A stretch of 64,000 nucleotides of DNA from positions 434,001-498,000 of the forward strand of contig CAUYUJ010000181.1 in the NCBI GenBank assembly GCA_963575745.1, read 5' to 3'. Both the position numbers and the translations under genes were made by a program. Shown here one piece after another: positions 62,700 to 64,000 of the stretch (within the stretch, counting starts at the first letter, position 1; each line of letters starts with the position of its first letter). The notes below the pieces were generated by a model, which saw only the letters and a program-made list of their open reading frames with translations, was not told the DNA's origin and did not search any database. The stretch is from Prorocentrum cordatum. Taxonomy: Eukaryota.

Positions 62700-63575
62700 C
62701 GTTCTGTCCAACTGAGCGTGCATCCCTCTGGAGGCCGCCTGGCGGGCGACGTTCTGGGGACGGCTCAGCGTCTCCTGTCGTTCGCGGCAGTTATCTCGTT
62801 ACGCCGGGCGGGGTGGGGCCTGGCGCAGGTGGACCCTGCAGGCAATCTTGCGTGCGCCGCCCACGGCCCAGTTCCCGGCCACGCTCCTGGCCCCGAGACA
62901 GCCGAAGGATAGGCGGTGGTGGCTTGCCTTCGCTCTCGGGGAGCTGGCGCGATGAATTTTCACTCCGACTGCCTATGAGTGGTGACCTCATTCGCCAAAG
63001 GGCGGTGGGAGACCACGCCTTCAGGTTGTGTTGGTGTCGATTTCCGGTCTGCGATCTGGGATGCCCTTGAAGATATCGAGTTCGAGGCTCGGGTTCGCAA
63101 GGTCAAAGGACATGCCCGAATTGCTGACGACGATTCGGCCGACAACGCCTGTTATCTCCGCGATGGAAACGCCGAGGCGGGCAAACGGAGGGGCGCGGCC
63201 ATGCCCCCCGAGGATGTGGGGGTCGAGGGTGGGGGGGTGGGTGCTGTCCAGCTCGTCACGACAGTAGCAAACATCTGGGCCGCTTTCTGCGGGCTTGGCA
63301 TTTTCCGCGGCAAGAGCACGCCCGCCGCGGCCCAGCGCTATCGGCCGACCACCCAGTGCCTGACGGCCAGCACGATTTGGTTTGAGTGCAGGGGCGCCTG
63401 CGATGCATACGCTGCGGCCTCGTCCCCTCCTGTCTTCCTCCACGCTGCACGGCAGAGGGCAGCCAGAACTGGCTTTGGCCCGCGGGGCCCTCTGTTTTCT
63501 GCTCGGCCTGCGGCTCTTACCCCCGTGAGAACACGACACGGGCGGATTGGCCAAGCCTTGCAAAGGGGACGTGAT
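62700..63575 (+). pseudogene. Degraded RNase H region of a related non-LTR retrotransposon
   Basis: Fragments across frames: DGSA, RRAGWGLAQVD..GNL..AAHGPVP, and IWDALEDIEFEARVRKVKGHA...DGNAEA. Flanked by (GGA)n. Confidence 0.75.
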
Positions 63576-64000
63576 CCGCCAGGAGGAGGAGGAGGAGGAG
63601 AAGAAGGAGGAGGAGAAGGAGGAGGAGGAGGGGAAGGAGGAGGAGGAGGAGGAGGAGGAGGAGGAGGAGGAGGAGGAGGAGGAGAAGGGGGGAGAAGGAG
63701 GAGGAGGAAGAGGAGAGGAGGAGAGGAGAAGGAGGAGGAGGAGGAGCAGCAGGAGGAGGAGGAGGGATGAGGAGGAGGAGAAGGAGGAGGAGGAGGAGGA
63801 GGAGGGGAGGGGGAGGAGGAGGAGGAGAAGGATAATGAGGATAATGAGGAGGGAGGAGGAGGTGGAGGAGGAGGAGGAGGAGGAGGAGGAGGAGGAGGAG
63901 GAGGGGGAGGAGGAGGAGGAGGAGGAGGAGGAGGAGGAGGAGGAGAGCGCCACAGCCTACCGGTCGAACAGACTATGAGAGACACGCAGTCCGCGTACTG

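Noticed and set aside
1..64000. rRNA, tRNA, promoters, terminators
   Set aside because: I saw no recognisable conserved RNA-gene motifs. The hairpins present are better explained as TIR elements.

Overview
This is GC-rich, repeat-saturated eukaryotic DNA. The GC/GA 5' splice donors, AG|G junctions and repeat landscape point to a dinoflagellate (Prorocentrum-like; inferred, not verified). Almost all long ORFs in the track are artefacts of trinucleotide microsatellites. Hidden among the repeats is one minus-strand, multi-exon gene spread over at least 50 kb (about 51.9 kb down to 1.06 kb, probably continuing past the window start). I could join many of its 40-190 bp exons in frame. It encodes an Ala/Leu-rich helical-repeat protein (OPR/RAP/RESC6-like) followed by a non-repeat C-terminal region. 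The introns and upstream DNA hold four plus-strand non-LTR retrotransposon fragments (one with an intact RNase H catalytic set), a dozen or so families of short hairpin/MITE-like or dispersed repeats, 86-bp, 12-bp and 9-bp tandem arrays, and compound (CCT/CAT/CAC)n microsatellites. One repeat family shows an orientation that tracks which side of an exon it lies on. I found no rRNA, tRNA or CRISPR array.
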